Below are positions 9,694 to 19,901 of a stretch of 64,000 bases of DNA, piece after piece (positions within the stretch are counted from its first letter, which is position 1; each line of letters begins with the position of its first letter). The notes under the pieces are model-generated. The model was not told where the DNA came from. It saw nothing but the letters and a program-made list of their open reading frames with translations, and did not search any database. The DNA comes from an uncultured Acidobacteriota bacterium (GTDB lineage: Bacteria; Acidobacteriota; Thermoanaerobaculia; Multivoradales; UBA5704): assembly GCA_963700145.1 (NCBI GenBank), contig OY969474.1, positions 3,040,001 to 3,104,000 on the forward strand. The letters are read 5' to 3'. Both the position numbers and the translations under genes were made by a program.

Positions 9694-10676
9694 GTGGTCG
9701 CCGAGCCGCTCGCCGCCGCTCCTCCGGCCGCCCCCCCGGCCACCTCCCCGTCCTGGCGCTGGACGGGCTGGAGGTGGCCCTCGGCGGCCGGCCGATCCTC
9801 CTCGGTCTCTCGGGCAGCTTCTCCGGCCGCTGCATCGGTCTCCTCGGGCCGAACGGCGCCGGCAAGACGACGCTCCTCCACACTCTGCTCGGCTTCCACA
9901 AGCCGAGCCGCGGCACCGCCCGCATCTTCGGGCGCGACATCCGGAGCGAAGGGCGGGAGATCCGCCGCCTCATCGGCTACATGCCGGAGAACGACTCCTT
10001 CATCGCCGGCCTCTCCGGCGTCCGCTTCGTGCGGCTGATGGCCGAGCTCTCCGGGCTGCCGCCGTCGCAGGCCTTGGAGCGGGCGCACGAGGCGCTCTTC
10101 TACGTCGGCCTGGGCGAGGCGCGCTACCGCAAGACCGAGAGCTACTCGCAGGGGATGCGCCAGCTCGCCAAGCTGGCGCAGGCCCTCGTCCACGGCCCGC
10201 GCCTGCTGCTGCTCGACGAGCCGACCAACGCCCTCGACCCGCCGGCGCGCGAGCGGATGCTGAAGCTGGTCAAGGAGATCCGCGACCAGGGGAAGATCCA
10301 GATCGTCCTCTCCTCGCACCTGCTGCGCGACGTCGAGGAGTGCTGCGACGAGGTGCTGGTGCTCAAGGCGGGGCGGGTGGCCGTCTCCTGCGACCTCGAG
10401 GCCGAGCGGCGCGCCAACCGCCGCTTCCTCGAGCTGGAGCTGCGCGGCGACGACGCCGACTTCGCCGCCGCGGCCTCGGAGCTGGGCTGCGAGGCGGCGG
10501 CGACCGGCACCCTCGGCCGCCAGCGCCTCAAGCTCGTGCTCCCTGACGGCATCGAGGTGGCCGACCTCTACCGTCTCGCCGACGCGCGCGGCGTGCAGAT
10601 CCGCCGCCTCAGCCACCGGCGCGACTCCTTGGAAGACATCTTCTTGAAGGCGATGGAGAACGGGGTGGAGAACTGA
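9694..10676 (+). CDS. ABC transporter ATP-binding protein (apparent frameshift near 9745, or a later GTG start)
   Basis: [22 protein letters not shown]. Confidence 0.9.
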
Positions 10677-10677
10677 C

Positions 10678-11535
10678 ATGGCGGTCTACGAGCGCACCTA
10701 CCGTCCTTACGCCGGCGGCTTCACCCCCGAGCGGCGCCGCTTCCTGGTGCTGCCGCGCTACGCCTACGGGGAGGTCTTCCGCTCGAAGCTCTTCCTCATC
10801 TTCTTCGTCCTCTGCTTCATCCCGCACCTCGCTGGCGCGGTGCTCATCTACCTGCGCCACAACGCCTCGGCACTCAAGTTCCTGGACCTCTCGGCGGCGC
10901 AGCTGCTGACGATCGACGGCTCGTTTTTCTTCAACCTGATGGGGATCGAGGCGACGATGTGCTTCCTGCTCTCGCTCTTCGTCGGCCCGGCCCTGGTCGC
11001 CCCCGACCTGCGCAACGGCGCCCTGCCGCTCTACCTCTCGCGTCCGTTCACCCGGCGCGAGTACGTGCTCGGCAAGCTCTCGGTCCTGGCGCTCCTGCTC
11101 TCGGCGATCACCTGGGTGCCGCTGCTCCTGCTCTTCACCCTCCAGGCCTCGCTCGAGGACGGGTGGCTGGCGGCCAACGGCCGCGTCGGCTGGGCGATCT
11201 TCGCCGGCTCCTGGGCGTGGGTCCTGGTGCTCTCGCTCATCGCGCTCGCGGTCTCGGCGTGGGTCAAGTGGAAGCCGGTCGCGCGGATCGTGCTGCTCGT
11301 CGTCTTCTTCGTCCTCGCCGGCTTCGGCGCGGCGATCAACGAGATCCTCGACACCACCTGGGGGAGCCTGCTCAACCTGGGCGAGCTGATCCGCGCCGTC
11401 TGGGCCGGCCTCTTCGGCATCGACGTCCGCGTGCGCCTGGAGCCCGGCCCGGCCTGGATCGCGCTGGCCGCCGTCTGCGCCGTCTCGCTGGTCCTCCTCG
11501 CCCGCCGCATCAAGGCCTACGAGGTGGTACGGTGA
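10678..11535 (+). CDS. ABC-2 type permease
   Basis: Multiple TM helices; LYLSRP...EYVLGK. Confidence 0.88.
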   Translation: MAVYERTYRPYAGGFTPERRRFLVLPRYAYGEVFRSKLFLIFFVLCFIPHLAGAVLIYLRHNASALKFLDLSAAQLLTIDGSFFFNLMGIEATMCFLLSLFVGPALVAPDLRNGALPLYLSRPFTRREYVLGKLSVLALLLSAITWVPLLLLFTLQASLEDGWLAANGRVGWAIFAGSWAWVLVLSLIALAVSAWVKWKPVARIVLLVVFFVLAGFGAAINEILDTTWGSLLNLGELIRAVWAGLFGIDVRVRLEPGPAWIALAAVCAVSLVLLARRIKAYEVVR

Positions 11536-12542
11536 GCGTCGCCGACGTGACTACCGCCATCCCCGTCCCGGCCGCCGACACCGCGGGCGCCGCCGCCGCC
11601 GCGACCTCGCGCCGCATCCTCTTCGACGAGGTCTCCAAGTTCTACGGCGAAGTGCTGGGGATCAACCGCGTCAACCTGGCGATCCCCCCCGGCATCACCA
11701 GCCTGGTCGGCCCGAACGGCTCGGGCAAGACGACGCTGATGAACCTGACGGCCGGCCTGCTGCGCCCGACGCGCGGGCGGGTGAGCGTCCTCGGTCTGGT
11801 CCCCGAGCGGCCGGAGGAGATGTTCCGCACCATCGGCTACGCCACCCAGCACGACGCCTTCCCGCCGGGGCTGACCGGCTTCGAGCTCATCGCCTCCTAC
11901 CTGCGGGTGCACGGCTATCCCCGCGCCGACGCCGAGACGCTGGCCTGGGCGGCGATCGAGCGGGTCGGGCTGGCCGACGCCGCCGGCCGCAAGGTCGCGG
12001 CCTACAGCAAGGGGATGCGGCAGCGCATCAAGCTGGCGCAGGCGATGGCGCACCGGCCGTCGGTGCTGATCCTCGACGAGCCGCTCAACGGCCTCGACCC
12101 GATGGCGCGCGCCGAGATGACGGTGCTCTTCCGCGAGCTGGCGTCGGCGGGGCTGCACGTCGTCGTCTCGACCCACATCCTGCACGAGGTGGACCGCATC
12201 TCCGACCAGGTGGTGCTCCTCAACGGCGGCTACGTGGTGGCCGAAGGCGAGATCGAGGGGGTGCGCGACGAGATGGAGGAGCACCCGGTGCAGGTCGCCG
12301 TCCTCTGCGACCGGCCGCAGCTCCTCGCCTCGCGCCTCTTCCTGGCCGACCACGTCGTCGAGGCCAAGCTCGAGCGCGGCGTCCTCCTGGTGCGGACGCG
12401 CGACGCCGACCGCTTCTACCTCCTCCTGAACCGCGTGGTGCTCGAGGAGGGGGTGCGCGTCGAGTCGGTCGCGCCGGCCGACAGCGACGTGCTGGCCGTC
12501 TACCACTACCTGATTGGCGGCCAGGAAGGAGTGCAGCGATGA
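11532..12542 (+). CDS. ABC transporter ATP-binding protein
   Basis: [22 protein letters not shown]; GTGA overlap. Confidence 0.93.
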   Translation: MSVADVTTAIPVPAADTAGAAAAATSRRILFDEVSKFYGEVLGINRVNLAIPPGITSLVGPNGSGKTTLMNLTAGLLRPTRGRVSVLGLVPERPEEMFRTIGYATQHDAFPPGLTGFELIASYLRVHGYPRADAETLAWAAIERVGLADAAGRKVAAYSKGMRQRIKLAQAMAHRPSVLILDEPLNGLDPMARAEMTVLFRELASAGLHVVVSTHILHEVDRISDQVVLLNGGYVVAEGEIEGVRDEMEEHPVQVAVLCDRPQLLASRLFLADHVVEAKLERGVLLVRTRDADRFYLLLNRVVLEEGVRVESVAPADSDVLAVYHYLIGGQEGVQR

Positions 12543-13414
12543 GCGTGCTCGAACGGGCCTCGGCCCTGGACGCGGCGGCGGTGCCGCCCCTCCCCGCCCC
12601 CTCCTGGGGTCTCTGGCGGCGGCAGCTCGCGGCGGCCGTGCGCCTGGAGCTCAAGAAGGGGTTCCGCGGCCGGCGCGTGCTGGGGGTGGTCCTGCTGGCG
12701 GCGATGCCGGTGACGCTCTTCGCCCTGCACGCCCTCTTCAACTCCCCCGACGACCCGGCGAACGTCAGCGACGTGGGCTGGGTCTTCGCCCGCCTCTACC
12801 AGGCCTTCATCCTGCGGTTGGTGCTCTTCTTCGGCTGCGTCCTGGTCTTCGGGAACCTCATCCGGCGCGAGCTCCTGGACCGCAGCCTGCACTTCTACTT
12901 CCTGTCGCCGGTGAGGCGCCCGCTGTTGGCCGCCGCCAAGTACCTGACCGGCCTCGTCGTCACGCTGAGCGTCTTCGGCGCCGCCACCGTCGCGTCGTTC
13001 TTTCTCGCCTACGCCGCCCACGACGGCGCCGCGGTGCGCCGCTTCATCTTCGACGGCCCCGGCCTCGGCCACCTCGGCGCCTACCTCGGCGTCACCGCTC
13101 TCGCCTGCCTCGGCTACGGCGCCGTCTTCCTCGCCGCCGGCTTCTTCACCAAGAGCCCGGCGCTGCCGGCGGTGACCGTCTTCGGCTGGGAGAACCTGCA
13201 CTTCCTGCTCCCGCCGGCGCTCAAGAAGATCTCGGTCATCCACTACCTCCAGGGGTTGTGCCCGGTGCCGATCTCGCAGGGCCCCCTGGCGATCCTCGCC
13301 GACGCCCCCTCCCCCTGGGTCGCCGTCCCCGGCCTCCTCGGGCTGACGCTGGTGCTCCTCTTCCTCTCGGCCTGGAAGATCCGGCGGATGGAGATTCTCT
13401 ACACCGAGGACTGA
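12539..13414 (+). CDS. ABC-2 type permease
   Basis: Multiple TM helices; [21 protein letters not shown]. Confidence 0.88.
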   Translation: MSVLERASALDAAAVPPLPAPSWGLWRRQLAAAVRLELKKGFRGRRVLGVVLLAAMPVTLFALHALFNSPDDPANVSDVGWVFARLYQAFILRLVLFFGCVLVFGNLIRRELLDRSLHFYFLSPVRRPLLAAAKYLTGLVVTLSVFGAATVASFFLAYAAHDGAAVRRFIFDGPGLGHLGAYLGVTALACLGYGAVFLAAGFFTKSPALPAVTVFGWENLHFLLPPALKKISVIHYLQGLCPVPISQGPLAILADAPSPWVAVPGLLGLTLVLLFLSAWKIRRMEILYTED

Positions 13415-13443
13415 GCCTCGGCGCCCATCTTCGCTGCCTTGGC

Positions 13444-13842
13444 TCAGGGCGCACCCGGGTCCGTCCAGGCCAACCCTTCGACGTGCTTGAAGTGGGGATC
13501 GGAGGACATGAGCTCGGCTCCGGTTTCCATGGCATGGGCGGCGAGCCACATGTCGTTGGTGGGGATTGGCGTGCCGCGGCGGCGCAGGGCGGCGTAGATC
13601 CGACTGTAGCGCTCAGCGGTGACCCAGGTCACAGGCAGCAGGTGAACCCGCGGCTGCGCAAGAAAGCGTTGCAGGTCAGCGAAGTTCTCCTGGAAGCGTG
13701 TTCCACGGCGGAAGCCTCCCATCAGCTCGCCAGCCACGACCGCGGAGACCAGCACGGCTTCGGCCTCGCGGACCCGATGAGAGATCGGCGAGTGTCCTCG
13801 CGCCAGATCGGAGTAGGCGTTGGTGTCGAGGAGGATCTTCAC
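13444..13842 (-). CDS. vapC: PIN-domain toxin
   Basis: ILLDTNAY, GEL, PIPTNDMWLAAHA, SSDPHF; GTGA-coupled to the upstream small gene. Confidence 0.93.
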   Translation of the reverse strand: MKILLDTNAYSDLARGHSPISHRVREAEAVLVSAVVAGELMGGFRRGTRFQENFADLQRFLAQPRVHLLPVTWVTAERYSRIYAALRRRGTPIPTNDMWLAAHAMETGAELMSSDPHFKHVEGLAWTDPGAP

Positions 13843-14102
13843 CTCCACAGGTCCTGGTCGACCATTTCGAAGTCGGCGACCGCTTGCTCGAGCTCCCTGG
13901 CCTGCTCATCCGTCCATGAACCGATGAACCAGTCCAAGGAGTCTCCGATCCCCTGACGGGGCCGATCCGGCTCGTCGATGTGCGCCCCTTTGCGCAGTAG
14001 CCGCACCGCTGCCTGGTTCTGTGAGATGCCTTCCCGCCGAGCCAGCTCCTCGATCTCGCGGGCCAGCGCATCGTCGTAGCGAATCGTCAGTTGACGCGGC
14101 AT
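13839..14102 (-). CDS. Antitoxin (VapB-like, RHH)
   Basis: 87 aa with RQLTIR..D...LARREGISQN ribbon-helix-helix; directly upstream of vapC. Confidence 0.85.
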   Translation of the reverse strand: MPRQLTIRYDDALAREIEELARREGISQNQAAVRLLRKGAHIDEPDRPRQGIGDSLDWFIGSWTDEQARELEQAVADFEMVDQDLWR

Positions 14103-14123
14103 GGTGCGTTCCCCCGTCGCTTC

Positions 14124-14152
14124 AGCCTAGAGGTCCGCTGCGAGTGAGTCAA
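14124..14152 (-). promoter_or_regulatory. Sigma70-type promoter of vapBC
   Basis: TTGACT-N17-TAGGCT on the minus strand. Confidence 0.6.
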
Positions 14153-14201
14153 GAGTTGAGGCGTCCTGAGTCATCGGGTGGATCGTGTGTGCTCGGCGTC
14201 C

Positions 14202-14423
14202 GAGACAAGTCTCCGAGCCCCGGAGATAGATCTCGGGCAGTCCAAGATAGATCTTAAGCTATAGGAGATTCATCTTCCGGTCCCGGAGATAGATCTCCGT
14301 GCATGGAAGATTGATCTCGGGCTGCCGGAGATAGATCTCGGACCCCTGGAGATAGATCTCGGAGCCTCCAAGATCTATCCCGGAGTCCCCGAGATAAATC
14401 TCGAGGTCCCCGGGATAAGTCTC
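14202..14423. repeat. Array of 11 palindromic 12-bp cores with variable 9-bp spacers (21-bp period)
   Basis: Cores (consensus GAGAT-AG-ATCTC) start at 14202, 14223, 14244, 14265, 14286, 14307, 14328, 14349, 14370, 14391 and 14412. Confidence 0.92.
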
Positions 14424-14493
14424 CAGGGGCCCAGAAAAACATGCGGGGCTCGCTAAATCTCTCTGAGAGAACGCGTTACGCCGTGGCAGGAGG

Positions 14494-14609
14494 CTACGCG
14501 CACAGCCGGAAGTGCCCGGCGAAACTCCCGGAGGGCCTGCGGGTCGGCTGGGGTGCCGGTGAAGTCGGCTTCGGCGGCGGGGACGGGGGGTTCGCCTCGG
14601 GGCCGAACC
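14494..14609 (-). pseudogene. Degenerate duplicate of the 3' end of the 16620-17339 gene
   Basis: Aligns by eye with 16620-16735, with substitutions, two compensating 1-bp indels and TAG in place of TGA. Confidence 0.88.
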
Positions 14610-14631
14610 GAGGACTAAGCCCCGCCGTTCT

Positions 14632-16554
14632 TTACTGGAAGTAGCCGAAGACGTCCAGGATGACGTGCACCTGCTGGCCCGGCGCCATCACCGGGTTGAC
14701 GGCGAGGTTGCCGCGGCCGTCGAAGGACAGCGACACGACCTGGTTGTTGGCGCGCGTCTGTCCGGCGGCGAAGTTGATGACGCTGGCGCTCGGGGCCCCG
14801 TCGCCTCCCGGGAAGATCTTGAGGAAGCCGCCGGCGGTCGCCCCGGTGACGGTGACGTTGATCGCCACCGCCTTGGCGGTGGCCGGCACGCCGCAGGCGT
14901 TGAAGGGGTTGTCGTGGAAGGTGATCGTCCGCTCCTCGCCGGCGACCAGCTTGGGGCCGCCGAAGACGAGGTTGCCGGGGAGGCGTGAATCGGAGACCCG
15001 GCAGGGCGTGCGGGTGTGGAAGGAGAGCGGCGGCGGCGGGACGAAGCAACCGACCGTCCCCGGCGCCCGCCCGGTGCGGCGCGGGTTCTGCCGGTGGAGC
15101 GGCCAGGGGAGGGAGCCGATTGAGCCTTCGTTCCAGGCCCAGACGCGGGTGTCGCTCGCGTTGGCGCCGGAGGCGCCGACGATCACCAGGCCGCCGTTGT
15201 CGTCGAGGTCGGCGACCGCCGGTCCGGTGACCTGCCGCAGCGTCGTGTAGACCTTCTTGCCGGCTTCGTAGGGAGGCCCGTCCTCGGAGAGCTGGACGCC
15301 GGTCTTGGAGACGATCGCCACGTCCCAGCCGACGTAGCCCACCAGGACGGCGGGGTTCTGGGCGCCGATCTGGGCCACCAGCGCGGCGCCGAGCGCGTCG
15401 GCGGAGGTGCCGGTGTAAGCGGTCTTGGGCCGCATCTGGAAGAGCGTGCTGCCGTCGCCGTTGGCGGCGAGGAGCCACCCCTCGACCGGCACCGAGAGGC
15501 CGCCCGAGTTCACGTAGACGTTGAGGGGCGCGACGATCTCGAGGGCGGCGTCGGCGTCGAGGTTGCCGAGCGCGAAGGAGCCGACGGCGTGCCCGATGAG
15601 GGGCTTGGGCCAGCCGGGCGGGATCGTGCCGTCGCGCCGGTAGACGTGCAAGAGGCGCCCGACGGTGAGGTCGTCGGGCCAGGGCGGCCCCGTGCCGACG
15701 ACGATCTCGGGGCAGCCGTCGCCGGTGACGTCGCCCACGACGGGCGAGGACTGGATGCCGACCGCGTGGTCGCCCGGCGGGTAGCTCAGGAACTTGGGGA
15801 AGCCGGGGAAGAACGTGCCGTTGCGCCGGAAGACCCAGAGACCGCCGCCGTCGGGCGTGTTGTAGGGCGGCGCCTCGGCGTGGACGTCGGAGCCGATGAT
15901 CACTTCGAGCGTGCCGTTGCCGTCGAGGTCGGCGAGGGCCGGCGAGCTCCAGATCGAGTCGCGGACGAAGAACGGCCAGCCGGGGATGACGGTGCCATTC
16001 GTCCCCTTGACCGCCCAGACGCGGAAGTCGAAGGCGCCGAAGGCGACGTCGTCGAGGCCGTCGCCGTCGAGGTCGCCGAGGGCCGGCGTCGAGAACACCG
16101 CGTCGGGCTGGCCGTCGAGCGGGTAGTGGTCGAGCGGGTCGAAGCGCCACTTCACCGCCCCGTTGTCCTCGAACGCCACGACCTCGCCGGTGAGCTGCGA
16201 GCCCGACCCGGAGCCCACCACGATCTCGAGCTGGCCGTCGAGGTCGAGCTGCCCGGCCGCGGGGCTGGAGGCGACCTCGGAGCGCAGCAGCTTCCCCCCG
16301 GCCCACCCCGCGCGCACCGTGCCGTCGCTGTTGAAGACGAACAGCCGCGAGGCGTTGGTGCCGACGACGATCTCCTCCGGTCCGCCGTTGGCGTCGAGGT
16401 CGACGACCAGCGCCGTCCCGTAGGTGACGACCCCGCCGCCCGCCGCCGAGGTGGGGAAGCCGGAGTTCGGCGTCGCCTCGTTCTGCGCCGCCGCCGGGCC
16501 GCTAACGAGCCATATCAGGCCTAGCCCGATCCAAACGAGAGCCCGTGCTCGCAT
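14632..16554 (-). CDS. Secreted FG-GAP/VCBS repeat protein with C-terminal beta domain
   Basis: Signal peptide MRARALVW...; repeated SSPALADLDGNG.LE motifs; C-terminal PCRVSDSR...CGVPATAKAVAINVTV...LDVFGYFQ. Confidence 0.88.
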   Translation of the reverse strand: MRARALVWIGLGLIWLVSGPAAAQNEATPNSGFPTSAAGGGVVTYGTALVVDLDANGGPEEIVVGTNASRLFVFNSDGTVRAGWAGGKLLRSEVASSPAAGQLDLDGQLEIVVGSGSGSQLTGEVVAFEDNGAVKWRFDPLDHYPLDGQPDAVFSTPALGDLDGDGLDDVAFGAFDFRVWAVKGTNGTVIPGWPFFVRDSIWSSPALADLDGNGTLEVIIGSDVHAEAPPYNTPDGGGLWVFRRNGTFFPGFPKFLSYPPGDHAVGIQSSPVVGDVTGDGCPEIVVGTGPPWPDDLTVGRLLHVYRRDGTIPPGWPKPLIGHAVGSFALGNLDADAALEIVAPLNVYVNSGGLSVPVEGWLLAANGDGSTLFQMRPKTAYTGTSADALGAALVAQIGAQNPAVLVGYVGWDVAIVSKTGVQLSEDGPPYEAGKKVYTTLRQVTGPAVADLDDNGGLVIVGASGANASDTRVWAWNEGSIGSLPWPLHRQNPRRTGRAPGTVGCFVPPPPLSFHTRTPCRVSDSRLPGNLVFGGPKLVAGEERTITFHDNPFNACGVPATAKAVAINVTVTGATAGGFLKIFPGGDGAPSASVINFAAGQTRANNQVVSLSFDGRGNLAVNPVMAPGQQVHVILDVFGYFQ

Positions 16555-16619
16555 GCATTCACTGTACCGGTGCAGGGAGGGCGGCGGTGTGAAATAGGTC
16601 ACAGGTCGTGGGTCGTCCG

Positions 16620-17339
16620 TCACGCGCAGAGCCGGAAGTGCCCGGCGAACTCCCGCAGGGCTTGCGGGTCCGCGGGGGTGCCGGTGAAGTCGGCTTCGGC
16701 GGCGGGGACGTCGGGGTTCGCTTCCGGGCCGAACCAGATGCCGAAGCGGAGGCGGCCGTCGTCCTTCTTGCACTCGACGAGGAAGAAGTTGGCGATCCCC
16801 TCGGCGTTGCCCTGCTCGGCGCGCAGGCTGCCGCGGCGGGCCTGGTAGCGGAGCTTGCCGCCGCCGGCCTCGACGGTGCCGGTGGCGACCGTCTCGCGGC
16901 TCTCGAAGTCGAGCTTCGTCCCCTCGAGCCCCGGCGGCTCCTCTCCCTCCCCCTTCAGGAACTTCTCGAGGTCCTCGTCCCCCTTGCCGAACTGGCGGAC
17001 CTTGATGAAGAAGAAGCCGCGCTGGTCGAACTCCTGCCCTTGCCCTTCCTCCATCTCCGGCCGCGGCTCCCGGTCGGAGAACATCACCATGTCCATGAAG
17101 AAGGGGATCGAGATGGCGCCGAGCGGGTGGTAGCCGGCCGGGAGCTCGTCGTAGGGGAGGACCGCGCGCGTCCTCTCGGCCCGCTTGACCGGGTCCTTGA
17201 ACCCCGCCTCGATCTCCTTGCCCTGCTTGTAGCCCCACCAGCCGAGCGCGACGATCGCGGCCATGACGAGCCCCACCAGGACCGCGCAGCCGCAGCCGAC
17301 CCAGACCCACGGCGAGGTGCCCGCGCGCTCTTCCCGCAT
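16620..17339 (-). CDS. Hypothetical membrane-anchored protein
   Basis: PWVWVGCGC TM anchor; host-like codon usage; 4 nt downstream of argS. Confidence 0.8.
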   Translation of the reverse strand: MREERAGTSPWVWVGCGCAVLVGLVMAAIVALGWWGYKQGKEIEAGFKDPVKRAERTRAVLPYDELPAGYHPLGAISIPFFMDMVMFSDREPRPEMEEGQGQEFDQRGFFFIKVRQFGKGDEDLEKFLKGEGEEPPGLEGTKLDFESRETVATGTVEAGGGKLRYQARRGSLRAEQGNAEGIANFFLVECKKDDGRLRFGIWFGPEANPDVPAAEADFTGTPADPQALREFAGHFRLCA

Positions 17340-17343
17340 ACCT

Positions 17344-19260
17344 CTACATACGCTCCGGCACGGGCACGCCGATCAGCCCGACCAGCGCCTCCAGGCCGCG
17401 GCGGAAGACCTGGACGGCGGCGAGGCGCGTGGCGCGCAGGACCGGGTCGCTTTCCTGGAGGATCGGGTGCTTGTGGTAGACGGCGTTGAAGCGCTGCCCG
17501 AGCTCCAGGGCGTGGCGGGCGATGAGCGAGAGCTCCAGGGCCTCGGCGCCCTTCTCGACGATCTCGCCGCTCTGCGCCACCGCCAGCACCAGGTCCCAGA
17601 GATCGTCGCTCCAGGGCTCCTCGGGGAGCGCCGCGACCTCCTCGCGCGTCACCTCGTCGGCCAGCCCCTCCTCGCGCAGCCGCCGCCGGATGTTGCCGGC
17701 GCGGACCAGCGAGTACTGGAGGTACGGCCCGGACTCCCCTTCGAAGGAGAGCGCCTCGTCGAAGTCGAAGGCGATCACCCGGTTGGTCGTCGCCTTGACC
17801 ATGAAGAAGCGCAACGCCGCGGTGGCGATCTGCCGCGCCAGCGGGCCGAGCTCGGCGGCCGGCAGCTCGCGGTTGCGCGCCGCGATCTCCTCGCGGCTCT
17901 TCGCCTCCAGCTGGTCGAGGAGGTCGTCGGCCTTGACGCCGATTCCCTTCCTGCCCGACATCTCGAGGGTCTTCTCCTCGTCGCCCGCCTCGAGGTAGCC
18001 GAGCTGGCGCGCCGTCGCCGGCGACAGCGCCACCATCTCGTAGGCGAAGTGGACCGAGCGCTCCGCCTCCTCCCGGTGCCCGAGCGCCGCGAGCCCGGCG
18101 CGGACGATCTTCTGCAGGTAGCTCTGCCGGGCGTCGATGACGTTGATCACCCGCTCCGCGCCGCCGAAGGCCGGGTGGTCGCCGGTCCCCTCGGGGGCGG
18201 TCTCCCAAACCCCCTCCTCTTGCCAGAAGGCGTAGCAGAAGTCGCGCCCCAGGAGGCCGAACTTCCAGAGCTGGTAGGCGATGTCCTTGCCGACGTAGGT
18301 CACCGTGCCGTCGGAGCGGACGATCACCTTGTCGGGGTCCTCGAGGCCGGCGAACTCCGGCGTGTCGGCGAGCGGCATCACCCAGCAGCCGTCGTTCTTC
18401 CCCGCGGTCTCGAGGCGCACGGCGCCGGCCTCCTTCAGCAGGGCGAAGGCGGTCTCGAAGAAGCGGCGGGCGAGGACCTCGCTCTCGCGGGTGAGGAGGT
18501 CGTAGCCGACTCCCAGCCGCCGCATCGTCGCGAGATGCCGCGCGACGACCCGCCGCGCCACCAGCCGCCCCAGCTCGGCGCGCGGGCCGCGGCCGATCTC
18601 CAGCTCGTGCAGGGTCTCGCGCCGCAGGGCTTGGCGCTCGGGGTCCTCCCCGTACCAGCGCCCGACCTCGGCGTAGAGGTCCCAGCAGAGGAAGTCGAAG
18701 GGCTCGGGGAGGGCGGCCACCTCGTCGTAGGCGGCGCCGCGCAGGTCGTGGAAGCCGACGACGACGTCGGCGAGCTGGACGCCGGTGTCGTCGATGTAGT
18801 TCTGCACCTCGACCGGCCGGCCGAGGGCGCGCAGGGCGCGGGCGAGGACGTCGCCGAGGACGGCGTTGCGCAGGTGGCCGATGTGGGCCGCCTTGTTGGG
18901 GTTGATGTTGGTGTGCTCGAGGACGACCTTGCCGCCGCGCTCGCCGCCGGGCAGGAGCGGGGCTTCGAGCAGGGCGGCGGCGAACGGGCTCCGCTTGAGG
19001 CGGAGGTTCAGGTAGCCGGCGCCCTCGACCGTGACCGCCCCGACCGCCGCCGGCGGCCGGAAGGCGGCGGCCAGCTCCTGGGCGATGGCCCGCGGCGGGC
19101 GCTTCAGGACCCGGGCGAGCTGGAGGGCCGCCGGGAAGGCCAGATCGCCCAGCTCGCGCCGCGGCGGGACCTCCAGGAGCGGCTCGTGCTCGACCCCGTA
19201 GAGCTCCCGGATCGCCCGCGCCATCTCGGCCGCCAGGTCGCGCTTGAGGTCCCCCCACAT
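17344..19260 (-). CDS. argS: Arginine--tRNA ligase
   Basis: EHTNINPNKAAHIGH, MSGRKG, GPYLQY, VPERM C-terminus. Confidence 0.96.
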   Translation of the reverse strand: MWGDLKRDLAAEMARAIRELYGVEHEPLLEVPPRRELGDLAFPAALQLARVLKRPPRAIAQELAAAFRPPAAVGAVTVEGAGYLNLRLKRSPFAAALLEAPLLPGGERGGKVVLEHTNINPNKAAHIGHLRNAVLGDVLARALRALGRPVEVQNYIDDTGVQLADVVVGFHDLRGAAYDEVAALPEPFDFLCWDLYAEVGRWYGEDPERQALRRETLHELEIGRGPRAELGRLVARRVVARHLATMRRLGVGYDLLTRESEVLARRFFETAFALLKEAGAVRLETAGKNDGCWVMPLADTPEFAGLEDPDKVIVRSDGTVTYVGKDIAYQLWKFGLLGRDFCYAFWQEEGVWETAPEGTGDHPAFGGAERVINVIDARQSYLQKIVRAGLAALGHREEAERSVHFAYEMVALSPATARQLGYLEAGDEEKTLEMSGRKGIGVKADDLLDQLEAKSREEIAARNRELPAAELGPLARQIATAALRFFMVKATTNRVIAFDFDEALSFEGESGPYLQYSLVRAGNIRRRLREEGLADEVTREEVAALPEEPWSDDLWDLVLAVAQSGEIVEKGAEALELSLIARHALELGQRFNAVYHKHPILQESDPVLRATRLAAVQVFRRGLEALVGLIGVPVPERM

Positions 19261-19329
19261 GGAGCGCGGAGTGTAGCGCGGCAAGTGCTTGATATCATTC
19301 CGCCGATGGGGAGGGGCCAAGAGCAAGCG

Positions 19330-19881
19330 ATGACCGAGAAGGCGGAGAACAAACTGACCGTCCCGCTGGAGGGCACCCAGCTCGAGCTGGTGCAGGGGGA
19401 CATCACCGACCTCCACGTGGACGCGATCGTCAACGCGGCCAACGAGAAGCTCCAGCTCGGCGGCGGCGTGGCGGGGGCGATCAAGCGTAAGGGCGGTCCC
19501 TCGATCCAGGAGGAGTGCAACCGGATCGGCGGCACGGCGGTGGGGACGGCGGTGATGACCGGCGCCGGCCACCTCAAGGCCAAGCACGTCATCCACGCCG
19601 TCGGCCCGAAGATGGGCGAGGGGGACGAGGACCGCAAGCTGGCCAACGCGGTGCGCTCCTCGCTCGCCGTCGCCGACCGCTACGGCCTGCGCTCGATCGC
19701 CCTGCCGGCGCTTTCGACCGGCAACTTCGGCTTCCCCATCGACCGCGCCGCCCGCCTCATCCTCACCGAGATCCACCGCTACCTGCAGGGCGGGACGAAG
19801 ATCGAGCGCGTGGTCGTCTGCCTCCGCGACACCGACGCCTTCGACGCCTTCAAGCGCGAGCTGCGTCGCGGCTTCCGCTAG
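19330..19881 (+). CDS. Macro-domain protein (ADP-ribose deacylase-like)
   Basis: GDIT, DAIVNAAN..L..GGGVAGAI, IHAVGP, STGNFGFP. Confidence 0.93.
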   Translation: MTEKAENKLTVPLEGTQLELVQGDITDLHVDAIVNAANEKLQLGGGVAGAIKRKGGPSIQEECNRIGGTAVGTAVMTGAGHLKAKHVIHAVGPKMGEGDEDRKLANAVRSSLAVADRYGLRSIALPALSTGNFGFPIDRAARLILTEIHRYLQGGTKIERVVVCLRDTDAFDAFKRELRRGFR

Positions 19882-19901
19882 CGCGCATACAATCCCCGGC
19901 G

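Noticed and set aside
14202-14423. CRISPR array
   Set aside because: 12-bp repeats and 9-bp spacers are far too short, and no cas genes are present in the window
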